In this document: positions 14,589-29,250 of the stretch, piece after piece | How the letters are laid out: every line of letters starts with the position of its first letter | How positions within the stretch are numbered: the first letter of the stretch is position 1 | NCBI GenBank assembly: GCA_964016885.1 | Contig: OZ024743.1 | Coordinates: 19,468,001 to 19,532,000, forward strand | Direction of reading: 5' to 3' | From: Eledone cirrhosa | Lineage: Eukaryota | DNA length: 64,000 bases | Position numbers and translations under genes: made by a program | Notes under the pieces: model-generated | The model's database searches: none | What the model was told of the DNA's origin: nothing | The model's input: only the letters and a program-made list of their open reading frames with translations

Positions 14589-15951
14589 TATATTTAGTTT
14601 GATTTATATTTATATGGGAAACTAGCCGATAAATCTTTGATTCCTTCTTTTTATTCTTTTTATTGTTTATTTTTATTTTATTTTTATTTAAACATTCCTC
14701 ATGAAAAATTAAGCTACCCTAAAAGCTGATGCTTCAAATATTTTGAATAAACCTTACACTAGATAAACCTCTATATTAAATATAAGAACACATGTAGACC
14801 ATTTTGGGCATCATAAACTTTTTGAAATGATCTTTGCTAGATGTGATTTGATGGATAATTTTTGGCTTTGTCTGTTTTTCGACTCTGATGCTTATAATGA
14901 ACTTGGCAATATATTGTCAACTAATTTTGAAGTGTTGATCTTTGTGGTTTATTTTTATTTTTATTTTTATTATTGTAGTATTTTCTAATATTTTTTATTT
15001 TTATTTTTAATATCTTTAATATGTAAATTTTTTAATATGTAATATTTTTAATATGTAATATTCTTTCGTAATATTTTTATTTTTTAGTTTTCTATTTTAT
15101 TATTACTTATTATTATTATTGTTATTTTTTATTTTTTTAGATTTGTTTCTGATATATATTTTTATTAGTATATTGAAATCTGCTCTCTATTTCTGCTTGA
15201 TAGATAATCTTGTAGAGTAAAGACAGGAATACTAATACACATATTTGTATACTCAAAGTTTTATACCACATTGAGAATGTTTTCCGTGAGCTTAGAGTTT
15301 GCAGAGTTGGTCATGTGGATTCACATGGATGTTTGTAGCTATCACATAAACATAGGAATTTTTTAAAAAACTAAACGTAAGATAATTAATTTTCACACAC
15401 TATGGATACTTGTCTCATTCAGGAATACTGATATTTACAATATAGTGGAAGTTTTATAAATACTAATACATTAAAACATAGGGTTTTTTACGCCTCGAAT
15501 ATATCTGGCTATTTTTTAAATTTTTTTAAATTTTTTCTCTCGCTATTTTTGCTCTCTATATATATATATCTCCCTTACATTAATACTAGAGCTAAATAAA
15601 TAAATAAATAAATAAATGTACCATTGATACATTTACTCAACTGACCTCCCACTACCTAATTTTCTATATATATATGTATCTATCTCTATTTCCTCTCTCT
15701 CTATATATATATATATATCTCTGTTAAGTTCTTCTCCTTATCTATCTCTCCATCTCTCTACTTTGTTCCATGCATTTCTTCTTATTCTTCCTTTATTTTC
15801 TTCCTATTCTTCGTTTTCTGTCTTTCTTTCTTTTTTCTCTCTTTCTTTCTCTCTGTGTAAAATTTTTTCACTGCCAGCTCAACCTCTCCAAATGCAAGTC
15901 GGTGTTGTTACGGTATGTCGAATCTATTTATCTATAAAACTGTTTATATTG

Positions 15952-16017
15952 TATTTTGTCTGAGGAAGGCATAGCATATTGTTAATATGATATCCCCGAA
16001 ATATATATAATGAAATA
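15952..16017 (+). ncRNA. Type I hammerhead ribozyme, minimal palindromic stem III
   Basis: Stem I TATTTTGT/ATGAAATA; CTGAGGA 15960-66; extended stem II hairpin CATATT-GTT-AATATG; GAAA-T-ATAT-A-TA, predicted cut after 16009. Confidence 0.75.
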
Positions 16018-16144
16018 AATATGGTTTTATAAATATAGTTTCCATTTATTTAATACTGTAGATATACTCCAAATATTTGTCGAGTGCTTTTATATCAGTT
16101 ATAAATATTTACTAGTTGTAACCCAACAATTTAAATATAACTTT

Positions 16145-16211
<67 letters not shown>

Positions 16212-16218
16212 TATAATG

Positions 16219-16313
<95 letters not shown>

Positions 16314-16350
16314 GTATATATATAATATATATATGTATATATATATATAT

Positions 16351-16383
<33 letters not shown>

Positions 16384-16385
16384 GA

Positions 16386-16553
<168 letters not shown>

Positions 16554-16576
16554 TATATGTTATATATATATATTAA

Positions 16577-17683
16577 TATAACTTTGAATAACTTTGAAAT
16601 GTTTTGGCCAGTATTGGCCCAGGCCATGTCTAACTTAATAGCACCACCTGGCGAAGTCTTTCAATTCAGGATTTGGGCACCATGGCCCATTCGAGAAGAG
16701 AATTACTGTTTGCGGAGACATATCCGGGTGTGGGTGGTTTGTCCGGGATTACTTGGAGGAATTTGTCCAAAGACTTCTTGAATTTTGTGTGGTCAGTTTC
16801 TGTTTTGACGTGTCCTGGTGTGATGTTGAAGAGAGCAGGGCCGATTGAGGTGAAATAATTGTGCCGTATTGTTGTTATGAGTTGCGATTTAGATTTTTGA
16901 ATGGGACGAGGGGATAGCACGGGGCCCAAGCCTTGGGTGTATCTTGAAGGCGATGCCAACATCATTTGGGCAGTGATGATGGAACATTTTCCACATCATG
17001 CAGATAATATAACGCTCACGGCGACGTTGGAGTGAGTAAAGTTTCAGGTTTTCCAATCGACCCCAGTAGTCAAGGTCTGACATGCCATCTATCTTTTTCG
17101 TGATTGCCCTTTGAGGAGCTTCAAGTTTCATGATACTTTGTTTCGTGTGGGGAGACCACAGTGGACAACAGTATTCAAGGTGTGGTCGGGCGAAAGTAGA
17201 GAAGAGAAGGATAATGGTGCGGGAATCTCTCGACTGGAAGGTTCTGAGGATCCAGGAACACATTCTGCGGGCCATGTCAACTTTGCTGCTTATATGCGTG
17301 GTCCAGCTTACGTTGCTGTCCACGGTTACTCCCAAGTCTCTGATGTTGTTAGATGCCACGAGAGTTTCCCGGAGGGAAGGGAGTACGGGAGTTTCAGGAG
17401 CATCCTCTTTCCAAAGTGGATCAGTTCGAATTTGTCTTCGTTCAGTAACATGTTGTCCATTGGGTAACAGCCAGTAGGTCTGACTGAAGGCTTATCCGGT
17501 CATCCACGCCATTGATGACCTTTTTGGAGCTTGGAATCATCAGCGAAAATTTTAATGTTGCTGTGTTTGATGATGTCAGTGATGTCATTAATATAGATGA
17601 TGAAGAGAAGTGGGCCCAACACAGTGCCTTGTGGGACTCCACTACTGACTTTGGCTGGGCTTGATTTGACTCCCTCAACTACA
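16577..17683 (-). mobile_element. 5'-truncated CR1-clade LINE
   Basis: RT C-terminal motifs GVPQG, FADD, RDLGV, RPHLEY, SLQRRRER; near-identical to 62009-63123; 3' end (TTCAAAGTTA)x2 runs into (TA)n; frameshifts. Confidence 0.9.
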
Positions 17684-18012
17684 ATATGTATATATATATG
17701 TATATATACATAGTATGTATATAATATATATATATATTAGAAAATGTCGGGACCCGACGGCTGACTTCTTGTTTCGACAGCTAATTACAGAAAGTCTGGA
17801 ATTCGCTATCGTCGTGGTAATGACATACATATATACAGTATATACATATATATACATATATATATATGTATATATGTATAGCCCAGCCGTCGGATCCCGA
17901 CATTTTCTAATATATATATATATATTATATACATATATGTATATATGTATATAATGTATGTATAATATATATATATGTATGTATGTAAATGTATATGTAT
18001 GTATCATATACA

Positions 18013-18040
<28 letters not shown>
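17683..18040. repeat. Left arm of inverted duplication (partner ~19455-19812) containing a ~175-bp mini-element with 27-bp terminal inverted repeats (17737-17910)
   Basis: TTAGAAAATGTCGGGACCCGACGGCTG...CAGCCGTCGGATCCCGACATTTTCTAA and the surrounding irregular microsatellite pattern recur in reverse complement at 19455-19812. Confidence 0.85.
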
Positions 18041-18110
<70 letters not shown>

Positions 18111-18130
18111 TAATATATATATGTATAATA

Positions 18131-18287
<157 letters not shown>

Positions 18288-18288
18288 T

Positions 18289-18320
<32 letters not shown>

Positions 18321-18325
18321 TATAT

Positions 18326-18360
<35 letters not shown>

Positions 18361-18376
18361 ATATATATATATATAG

Positions 18377-18413
<37 letters not shown>

Positions 18414-18423
18414 GTATATATTA

Positions 18424-18498
<75 letters not shown>

Positions 18499-18499
<1 letters not shown>

Positions 18500-19060
18500 T
18501 GTAAAGTTATATTTAAAATTGTTGGGTTACAACTAGTAAATATTTATAACTGATATAAAAGCACTCGACAAATACTTGAGTATATTTACAATATTACATA
18601 AATGGAAAACTATATTTATAAAACCATATCTATTTCACTATATATATTTCGGGGATATCATATTAACAATATGCTATGCCTTCATCAGACAAAATACAAT
18701 ATAAACAGTTTTATAGATAAATATATTCGACATACCGTAATAAACATCAACTTCATTTGAAGAGGTTCACTCTAGCAGTGAAAATACAGAGAGAAAGAAA
18801 GAGAGAGAGAAAAGAGGGAAATAAGAAAGAAAGAAAGACGAAACGAAGAAAAAGAAGAAAAAGAAGAAAAAGAAGAAATGCATGGGACAAAATAGAGAGA
18901 TGGAAAAATAGTAAAGCGAAGAGCTTCATGTAAAGAGACCGAAAGAGATATATATATATATAGAGAGAGAGAGGAAATAGAGATAGATACATATATAAAT
19001 ATAGATATAGAAAAATTAGGTAGTGGGAGGTCATTTTGAGTAAGTGTATCAATGATGCAT

Positions 19061-19095
<35 letters not shown>

Positions 19096-19176
19096 GCTCA
19101 AGTATTAATGTAAGGGAGATATATAGAGAGATATAGAGAGATATAGAGAGAGAAAAATTTAAAAATAGCCAGACAA
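18499..19176 (-). mobile_element. 3' fragment (pLTR + tail) of the 11554-16148 PLE family, with HHR at 18631-18696
   Basis: Homologous to ~15500-16148; core CTGATGA; ends at the same AACTTT-CAT boundary. Confidence 0.9.
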
Positions 19177-19207
19177 TATATATATATATATATATATATA
19201 TTATACA

Positions 19208-19479
<272 letters not shown>

Positions 19480-19822
19480 TATATGTATATGATACATACA
19501 TATACATTTACATACATACATATATATATATTATACATACATTATATACATATATACATATATGTATATAATATATATATATATATTAGAAAATGTCGGG
19601 ATCCGACGGGCTGGGCTATACATATATACATATATATATATGTATATATATGTATATACTGTATATATGTATGTCATTACCACGACGATAGCGAATTCCA
19701 GACTTTCTGTAATTAGCTGTCGAAACAAGAAGTCAGCCGTCGGGTCCCGACATTTTCTAATATATATATATATTATATACATATATGTATATATACATAT
19801 ATATATACATATATACACAAAC

Positions 19823-19855
<33 letters not shown>

Positions 19856-19864
19856 TATATATAT

Positions 19865-19907
<43 letters not shown>

Positions 19908-19922
19908 CATATATATATATAT

Positions 19923-20003
<81 letters not shown>

Positions 20004-20004
20004 A

Positions 20005-20037
<33 letters not shown>

Positions 20038-20060
20038 AACACACACATATATATATATAT

Positions 20061-20131
<71 letters not shown>

Positions 20132-20148
20132 TATATATATATATATAT

Positions 20149-20765
<617 letters not shown>

Positions 20766-20796
20766 TATATATATACACACATATATATATATATAT

Positions 20797-20868
<72 letters not shown>

Positions 20869-20916
20869 ATATATATACACACATATATATATATATATAT
20901 ATATATCTATATATAT

Positions 20917-20965
<49 letters not shown>

Positions 20966-20990
20966 TATATATATATATACATATATATAT

Positions 20991-21836
20991 GACGGCGATG
21001 AATATGTTTTGCGTGGTTTTTGATATGATCACCAAAAGATACTCTTTTAAGAAAACCCACTGTACTAATAGGAAAGGTGTTATATGTAAGGTAAACCCGC
21101 AGATAAACTGTAAAACTAGAAACGTAGTCTATAGCATGAGATGTACAGAGAGTACTTTCAGAAATATGACAACAACATACATAGGAGAGACAGCCCGAAG
21201 CATAGGAGAAAGGATAGACCAACACAGGGGGAATGAGAAGGACGAAGAAAAGGTTCAGTACTATACGAACACGCAGACGGTAACATAGACAACATAGCAA
21301 TTAAAATAATATCTAAACACAGAAATGACCCACCAGGTAAGCAAATCAGAGAGGCAAGCGAAATAGAGCTGAGAAGGTCAAAGCTAAACAGAGAGAATGA
21401 ATGGAATAACAACAATACCCAAACAAACAATACTGACTTAAGAGAAATATAAATAAATAAATATATACACAATAACACCAAACACATATAAACACACACT
21501 AGTAAACTAAGATATAGTACAATAACCAAATCACAGTCACCGAAACGAGAACACACACACCAAACACTATACACACACTCAAACGCTTGTACAGAGAAGA
21601 CAAAAATAAATAAATAAATAAACAGATGTGCAACGAAAGAACTTTGTTAGACTATATATATGTGTTTATATCTACATTACATCTGTATTTTTGACTGTTG
21701 GTCAGTCAAACATTGAGGACCAACTGAATTAACTATGGAGATAAAAAGATACAGAAGCGAAAACCAACCAGACAGTGAGTGTGTTCTGGTATTATTTCTG
21801 GCAATATTATTACAACAATATAACCCTCCCCAGTAT

Positions 21837-21842
<6 letters not shown>
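20991..21842 (+). mobile_element. Degenerate PLE 3' fragment (GIY-YIG), related to 42991-44750
   Basis: [13 protein letters not shown]...[16 protein letters not shown]; 3' end CCCTCCC-AGTATAACAATAT shared with 44730-44750. Confidence 0.85.
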
Positions 21843-21880
<38 letters not shown>

Positions 21881-21885
<5 letters not shown>

Positions 21886-22657
21886 TCAAAAATGGCGAGC
21901 TATGTTGTTGCAATTAAGAATAATAAATGAAGAATTAGAAATAGAAGTTAAGAATATCCGTCATCAGTTGTCTACTAGATATCATAGGTATTTCTTTACA
22001 TTACAGACAATATACCTCCAGCTAGGGCGATACAATAACTAAAATAATTTTGACGAGGAGGTAAAGACACATATTAGCCGTACGGATGTGAGCGAGGAAA
22101 AAGATCATGTACGGTGTGGGACGATGAGGGAAGTTTGAGAGAGGGTAAGTAGCAGAGAGTGAGTGTGTGAAAGTGCGAGGAGGAGGCTAGCCGAGAGAGG
22201 GTGACTAGCAGAGGGGGTGAGTAAAATTAAGAGGGAGAAGGAGAGAGAAGGGGGAGAGAGAAAGAGGATAGCAGTAAGGGAAGAGAAAAAAGACATTTCA
22301 CATCGAAGGGTAAAGCATATATGAATCAAAAATGGTGAGCTGTGTTGTTGCAATTAAGTATAATAAATGAAGAATTAGAAATAGAAGTTAGGAATATCCA
22401 TCATTAGTTGTCTACTAGCCATCATAGGTATTTCTTCGAATTACAGACAATATACCTCTAGTTAGGGCGATACAATAACTAAAATAAGTTATTGGGATAA
22501 AAAGAGTTGGGTGGAGACAGAGAAAGACAGGTAAATAGACACGAATGGTGAGGCAACGTTAAGAGATGAAAAATTGAAAAAATCAAGTTAATAATTCATT
22601 TCGAACATAAGAACCGGCGAATTTTGACGAGGAGGTAAAGGCACATCTTAGCCGTAC
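21881..22657 (-). mobile_element. Non-coding tandem mini-element (~574-nt unit; first copy has a ~135-nt deletion) carrying a rearranged HHR
   Basis: 21881-22046 repeated at 22321-22486; ATTTTGACGAGG at 22047 and 22621; homologous motif block to 59611-60371. Confidence 0.75.
21961..22017 (-). ncRNA. Candidate non-circularly permuted hammerhead ribozyme
   Basis: 5'-AGGTA-TA-TTGTCT-n10-GAAA-TACCT-n12-AGACAA-CTGATGA-3'; second copy 22401-22457 has CTAATGA. Confidence 0.55.
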
Positions 22658-23349
22658 CCTTTTCGTAGCTTAAAAGGGTAACACTGTTGTTGTCATGGTG
22701 TTCTTGAAGTTGTTTAATATTTAATCTGTACCTGTCAGTGTTGTGATTGTCGATTTTTAACTCATGTGATCATTCCAACAGTTATCAACATATCATATTG
22801 ATCTGATGAACTGCAAATCTGATATACCTCGTCTGTGTGTGATGAAAATATTTTTTAGATACGAAGCATTTCAAACGGGTTGATTCACATATATATTTGT
22901 TTAGTATTTTGGCGGAAAATAGAGTTAGAGTAAATTGGAAATGAACAAATATCTGGAAATAACAGTCAGTTTCCCTTGCATTCATTTAGTCCCAACTAAA
23001 GGTAAATTTCAAACGTTGTTCTTTTCTTTTATACCGCTGATTGTCTACACTGCAGGAGAAATTTTCAGATTATACGAAGACACCATGTGTATTTTCTAGA
23101 TAACTGACGTCATCCTTTTGTTCCAGCAGTAGCAGAGAGAAAACAGTCGACAATTGTTTCGGAGTTATTGACCCCTATCTAGACTATGTATTCCTTTTCA
23201 CTGCTACACTCTGGAACTACTGAGATTACATAGTGTTCTCATCAGAAATTCATGTGTGCTCTAGCAGTCTCTATGTGTATATGCCCTTTAGATGTGAGAG
23301 CTTACAGCAGTATTACAGAAGAAAATATTGATATTTCAAATTAGATGCT

Positions 23350-23620
23350 ACAAATAAATCATGGGCATCTCCTATACGAACGACGTTAGCAATGAAATCA
23401 TTCGCATGGCAATCAGACATGTGTGTATCCACGAAGTCTTTCTAACCTACATAAAGGAAGGAAACCTTAGAAGGTATGATCACGTGCTATCCTCCAATCA
23501 TAAAACACGGCATGAATGACGCACTACATAGGAATGAGTAGATAACAGCAAGTAATGGACGAGTAAGGACTTCGAAAGAAAGATGGATAGGGGAATGCGG
23601 TATTCTGCAGTACCCTTCTG
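23350..23620 (+). mobile_element. Old RTE-like LINE relic
   Basis: Degenerate IMGISYTNDVSNEIIR...LRRYDHV...GRV...ERWI resembles the RTE C-terminal ILGISW.D.VTNE..R...LRWFGHV...GRP..RW. Confidence 0.45.
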
Positions 23621-24389
23621 ACACTGAAATGACATGAATTAATACGGATCACCAACGCATACCCTGTGAGTATTTGCTGTTAAATATAGTCTTCATAAAT
23701 GGTTGTAATCTAATGTCCCTGTCTATCGAATGAATGTGAGCATACCATATATAAATATATAAACAGGTGCATCTTGAATAGATGTAACTTATTTCAATTT
23801 CACGAAACTTATGCTAAGAAATTCATGACATTTTATTTCATTTTAGATTTTCTAACACTATTTTATTCCATTCTTGAACTGAAACAAAATATCTAGTTTT
23901 GTAAAGAATCAATTTTATCTTATTTCCGTTTTTAGTTTATTTTTTGTTTTTGTTTTCTCATATAATAACATTTTCTTTTTTCATATAAAGGATATTTTTT
24001 GTTTAACATTAATATAATGCATACTGCTTTACCTTTCCTCGTTGTAACGACATTGACAATTTTGTCGATTTTACTGATGAGAAAGATGAAGGTTTTTCAT
24101 TAAATAAATTAGATAATAACTACTCTTAGAATAAAAGATTGCCTTTACCCTGGTTTTAAAATTTCATTTACAGATCTCGTTATCTAGGATGCCGACTTCT
24201 TTGACATTGGAAAGTAATAAATTGAAAAATGATTAGAGACATGAATAGCTTTAAATAGTTACTCAAGTCAATCTTTCAGTAAACTAAAATATACATGGAA
24301 TGTGGAAATTGGGAAAATAAAAAAAAGAGATTCTTTAAATGAAATGAATGTTTTGAACAAGTAATTACCTTTAAATCAAAAAGTTACGA

Positions 24390-24485
<96 letters not shown>

Positions 24486-24695
24486 CACCTCCAATAGAAG
24501 TTACTTTAGTCTCAGATTAGCTTTTAAGAATTTCTTTAACAGAATTATTTTAGGTTTCTTAGAAATGAACGTGATGTTTCAAATACTTTTTTTTTAGAAA
24601 TAAACATTAGATTGATTTATAGAAATTTTGTCGCAGTTATGGTCACGTATTATCATTGCTAATTGTTTCAATTTTTCAACGATGGAAACAAGTAC

Positions 24696-24893
24696 CTGTA
24701 TCATAATAAGAATGTTATTATGGCAGGTTGATTTTCGTAATAAACGGTACAATCGAAGCTCATTCTTGTGGCGTTGCCCTCCGCCAAATGGTGAGTTCCG
24801 AATTCGTAACTCACAGGAAATGTTCATAAGGTCAGTCATATCTATTAGTAGAAGTGTGTTTGTAACAGCTTTGTAGTGAAAACAATTTCTATA
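24696..24893 (-). other. Candidate host exon (198 nt, open frame)
   Basis: ttttag| acceptor, CAG|gtactt donor, 66 open codons YRNCFHYKAVTNTLLLIDMTDLMNI...; no homology confirmed. Confidence 0.25.
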
Positions 24894-26932
24894 CTAAAAT
24901 AGGTTGATTTATATATTATTAAAAACATCTTTTATGCATAAAATAAATTTCAGCAAATTCCGTCAAATATAACTCTCGAGAGAAAGGAATATTTTATTAT
25001 CGAAATTAACTGACACAAATTTTGCGGCCATTACTGTAATTACAAATGTTTGCCCGAACAAACAAACAGTTACATACATGTGTTGCACATACAGGTGCCT
25101 GCAAACAATTCTTACACACACAAACTCAAGCACAGACAAATATACACACATAGTTGAACACATGCCGACACTCACACACACACACACCCACACACACACA
25201 TATATATATATATATGCATACATAGACACACAAAAATTCATAGATATACAGCCGATTGATGAGGTGAAATAAATATGAAATCTTTAGGTTAAAAAATCAA
25301 CCGGATATATATGACAGACATAAGACCCACACCCAATACACACCACTCAGCTCACATCACCGAATAAGAGCAAATATACTGAAAATTATTTTGACTGACA
25401 ATTATCCTGCTGGGAAAATGCTTTGTACAAAATTACTCCGTTCCCGATTCTTCTCAACCAAAAGATTTCATAAATACTTTCACTTTCATACACGTACAAG
25501 AAGACACATACATGCATAGAGACACACATACAAACATACACTACATTGATTCACCGGCTGTTTTTGTTTGTTTGTTTTTTGTTTCGTCTATGTTTGTTCC
25601 TCCTTACATTTAGCATAAATTCTGCAATATTTCTGCAATAATGACGTTAAAATCTACATAACTATAAACTCCTGACATAAATAATGCATTTACTTTCTCA
25701 ATTTTCTTCGTGCCGTTAAACTATGATTATTATTTGGACAATTCCTTTTATAGAGGTCCAGTTAACTGAACGAAAAGAACATCAAATATACATAAATATA
25801 ACTTTTGTTTCTTTAAATTTTAGATGCAATCGAATTATATGAATTAGACAATGGCATTCCAGACATGAGCATCTTCGTGAAATGATGTATCCATAACTGC
25901 AGCGATTTGAAGATGGAATGGATCCTAAATCATAAAATTGTGTGATTATCTTATAAATAACATATACATTATTTGTGATACATTGAATTCGTGCAGAATT
26001 ACGATGATTCTCTTTCAACAAACTGACTACAAATTCAGTGACTTATATTACAAATAAATTTTGAGAGTTTATTCTATATGCAGAAATTACATATGTCGCT
26101 GTCAAATCACCTTCATATATATATGTGTAGTTAAAACCGTTAGGAAGATAAAACATGTGCAATATCTCTAGAAGAAACTGTACAGAATGAATGCCGAAGC
26201 AGCACACATATTTCGGAAAGTAAACGGTAATATATACATTTTTTTGCTTGAAAAGTATATCAAGTTTTAGATTCGTTAAATTATACAAGGATTGCTTCTT
26301 CCTCTTCCATCATGTTTGTTTGTATTTCTCCAATAGAGCACCATACCGTAGATTTTATGATTATATTTAGACGATAAATGCGAGAATAAATTGAGAAGGT
26401 AATATAAAGTCATTCAATTAGAATTCAGTAATATAAGACAGATTGGTTGAGGCCTGCATAATACAACCAGTAATAAATGATCGACTCCAACAATATATAA
26501 TTTTTCATCCATCTATCGCAGTCTTGAAAAGTAAGACATCGGCACTACAAGAAAAACTTAAACTTGGCAATGCCTTCTTAGATTTATGAGTTTGGTTTTG
26601 AGAATAAGAACATTATGAGTTGTATTATCTGGATAGGAAATACGTGTGCGTTCGAGTAGATATATCAAATCATTTATATGAATATCATACACACTACTTC
26701 GCCATTATCAATGCCACATGGCACAAGATCTGAAAATATCAAGGAGGTGTATAGAGAGATTTTAAGTTTTATCAGGATAGACAAGCAGTCCAAGCTGCAC
26801 CAAAACTAATATGTAATTTATGCGGACGGCATTTTAAAACTAAGTCTTGTCTAAAAAGTCATATAAGTTCTCATACCAGCACTGAGCCTAATAAACACTC
26901 GACGTGTGAAGATTGTACTGAACAGACAACCA

Positions 26933-27002
<70 letters not shown>

Positions 27003-27004
<2 letters not shown>

Positions 27005-27255
27005 TCTTCTTCTTCTTGAGAGGTTCGTGGGGCCGGATCCCTCAAGCACTCCCTCCAGCATGTCCTGTCAGAAGCAACCGGACGGATCCCCTATCGTGAC
27101 CAAAACAGCTCGTGGATGTTGTGCAACCATCTTGCTCGGGGACCACCACTGGGTCTTCAACCTGCTGGTTTGGCAGAGACAAAGATGCATTCCTCTTTTA
27201 CACTTTTACCTGTCGCAGCCACCCGGCTGAGGAGCCCATGCTGGGGCACTCCTCT
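27003..27255 (-). mobile_element. RTE-like LINE 3' end with (GAA)n tail
   Basis: GPRARWLHNIHE...ASDRTCWR followed by GAAGAAGAAGAG then (TA)n. Confidence 0.55.
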
Positions 27256-27284
27256 TTTGTAATTGTATTGATTTTCTGCTTATA

Positions 27285-27333
<49 letters not shown>

Positions 27334-27340
27334 AATAGAT

Positions 27341-27627
27341 AAATATACAAGGGTGTGTATCATTGTGTATAGAAGATTATATTAATAAAAGGAATTCCAA
27401 TTTTGTAAAAAATTGCAAAGTTTGCAATTGTTCACAGTTGAAAATTGCAAACTTGACTGTCGCCATTGAATATGAACCTGAAGATTGCGAAATCATTAAA
27501 GTACTTGTTCAATTAACACTTAACATTTAATATTCTACCATACTATTTCATTATAATATCATTATAATTTTAAAGGATTGTAAATAAAACGAGTAAATCA
27601 AACAAAGTTGGAATTCCTTTTATTAAT
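27341..27627 (+). mobile_element. Mini-element with 26-bp inverted ends and decayed HHR (27473-27511)
   Basis: ATTAATAAAAGGAATTCCAATTTTGT / ACAAAGTTGGAATTCCTTTTATTAAT; TGAAC-CTGAAGA...TAAA-GTAC-TT-GTTCA (G12 mutated). Confidence 0.6.
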
Positions 27628-27636
27628 ATATATATA

Positions 27637-27698
<62 letters not shown>

Positions 27699-27704
<6 letters not shown>

Positions 27705-27950
27705 TAAAAAAGAAAAGAAAATTCTGACAAACATCAGGAGCGCTGTATCTCAAAATAATTTTTGAAAAGCATTGAAATGTGCAGCCGGTAAAAACTTAAA
27801 ACTAAAACTGAATACTAACCAATACTTATTACTAATTTATACTTATTCCTAATTAAACTATTTTTCACTGGGAAAAATTTGTCAGCATTTTCTTTTCCTT
27901 TTTCCTAATATATCACAACTCGTGTGTCACACCTCTATTTCTTTTTAAAT
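27699..27950. mobile_element. Mini-element with ~33-bp imperfect inverted ends plus ~40-nt one-sided tail, in (TA)n
   Basis: TATTAGTAAAAAAGAAAAGAAAATTCTGACAAA vs TTTGTCAGCATTTTCTTTTCCTTTTTCCTAATA. Confidence 0.55.
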
Positions 27951-27968
27951 ATATATATATATATATAT

Positions 27969-28238
27969 ATAAAGGTTTACATATACATAAAGTTATAGAT
28001 ATATATGTTGCAACCAGGCACTTTTAAGCTCTATGCTGTCGAAATGTTGGATAAATACTCTATTGGGGCCACCGCGAAGAGGTCACTTTCGGTTATTTGT
28101 CGGAGATTTCTTCATAAGAACCTTTCTTCTTATAGCTTGGTCTAATTGATTTTTTATATGGTTAATTATGCTAATTGGAAGAGGAATTGGTATATATTTT
28201 ATCTAATAATTCTAAGGACATGATTTATGATATATATA
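27969..28238. mobile_element. Two-armed fragment of the 58324-59142 family
   Basis: 27969-28002 is the reverse complement of ~58554-58589; 28033-28238 is direct to 58942-59142. Confidence 0.75.
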
Positions 28239-28461
28239 GGGGGGCGTGTGTTTGTGTGTGTGATGAAGCTAGGTCTGTGACAATTGTCACAAACTGAAAG
28301 TTCATATCGAAAGACCTCAACATGATTTTCATAAACATCCCATATATACAATACGTATATATCTGTCACATCCTCGTATATATACACAGAAATTTGCCCT
28401 CCTCTCACGCTCATGGGCATCAATATTTTAATACTTCTCTCTATCTCAGTCCCTCTCTTTT

Positions 28462-28508
<47 letters not shown>

Positions 28509-28510
<2 letters not shown>

Positions 28511-29206
28511 TAAAATAACAGATTAAAGTTTAAGCAAATAATCGCTGCTTTCACCCTTAACGGGATCTTCTGAAACTAACAAAGTCAATCTGTAAACGCA
28601 GAAGTGAATATTTCAAAAAACGTTGCAACCGGAGGAAGACAGGAAGACGATACTTTGGTCCGTGAGCAGCGATTGTTTGCTTAAACTTTAATCTGTTATT
28701 TTAATAAATATTTGCTCTACGGTTCTTATATATTTGATATATATTTATCCTTATCGAGCCCTCTTTGGATTTTAGTCTTCAAATTTATTATTATTACTAT
28801 TTGGCTCCCTCGGTTTAGTACTCTATTGACTTATATTCATCATGCAGAAACAACATCTGAATATTTCTACAAAGAACATACCCGTACCAAGCAGGAAACC
28901 ATACCTAAAACTCCTGATACAGAAAACAGACGCGTTCTCGTTCTTTGCCAGGGAACGTTTCCACGAACCAAAGTATCGTCTCCTTGTCTTCCTCCGGTTT
29001 CAACGTTTTTTGAAATATTCAATTCTGCGTTTACAGATTGACTTTGTTAGTTTCAGAAGATCCCGTTAAGGGCGAAAGCAGCGATTCTTTGCTTAAACTT
29101 TAATCTGTTATTTTAATAAATATTTGCTCTACGGTTCTTATATATTGGATATATATTTATCCTTATCGAGCCCTCTTTGGATTTTAGTCTTCAAATTTAT
29201 TATTAT

Positions 29207-29212
<6 letters not shown>
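28509..29212 (+). mobile_element. Non-coding mini-element: 412-nt unit, 136-nt terminal redundancy, inverted 5' arm, HHR-like motif at 29049-29099
   Basis: 28665-28800 = 29077-29212; 28509-28664 = reverse complement of ~28962-29118; AGTTT-CAGAAGA-TCCC-GTTAA-GGGC-GAAA-GCAG..TTGC-TT-AAACT. Confidence 0.85.

Positions 29213-29250
<38 letters not shown>

Noticed and set aside
12369-16148. Selenocysteine recoding/SECIS, known in some Naiad PLEs
   Set aside because: No in-frame TGA in the intact ORF (ends TAG) or in the 54168-56027 frame (ends TAA); no convincing SECIS seen
19680-19745. HHR 3' half (GAAAC-AAGAA-GTC) in the 175-bp TIR mini-element
   Set aside because: No intact CUGANGA and no adjacent stem I partner
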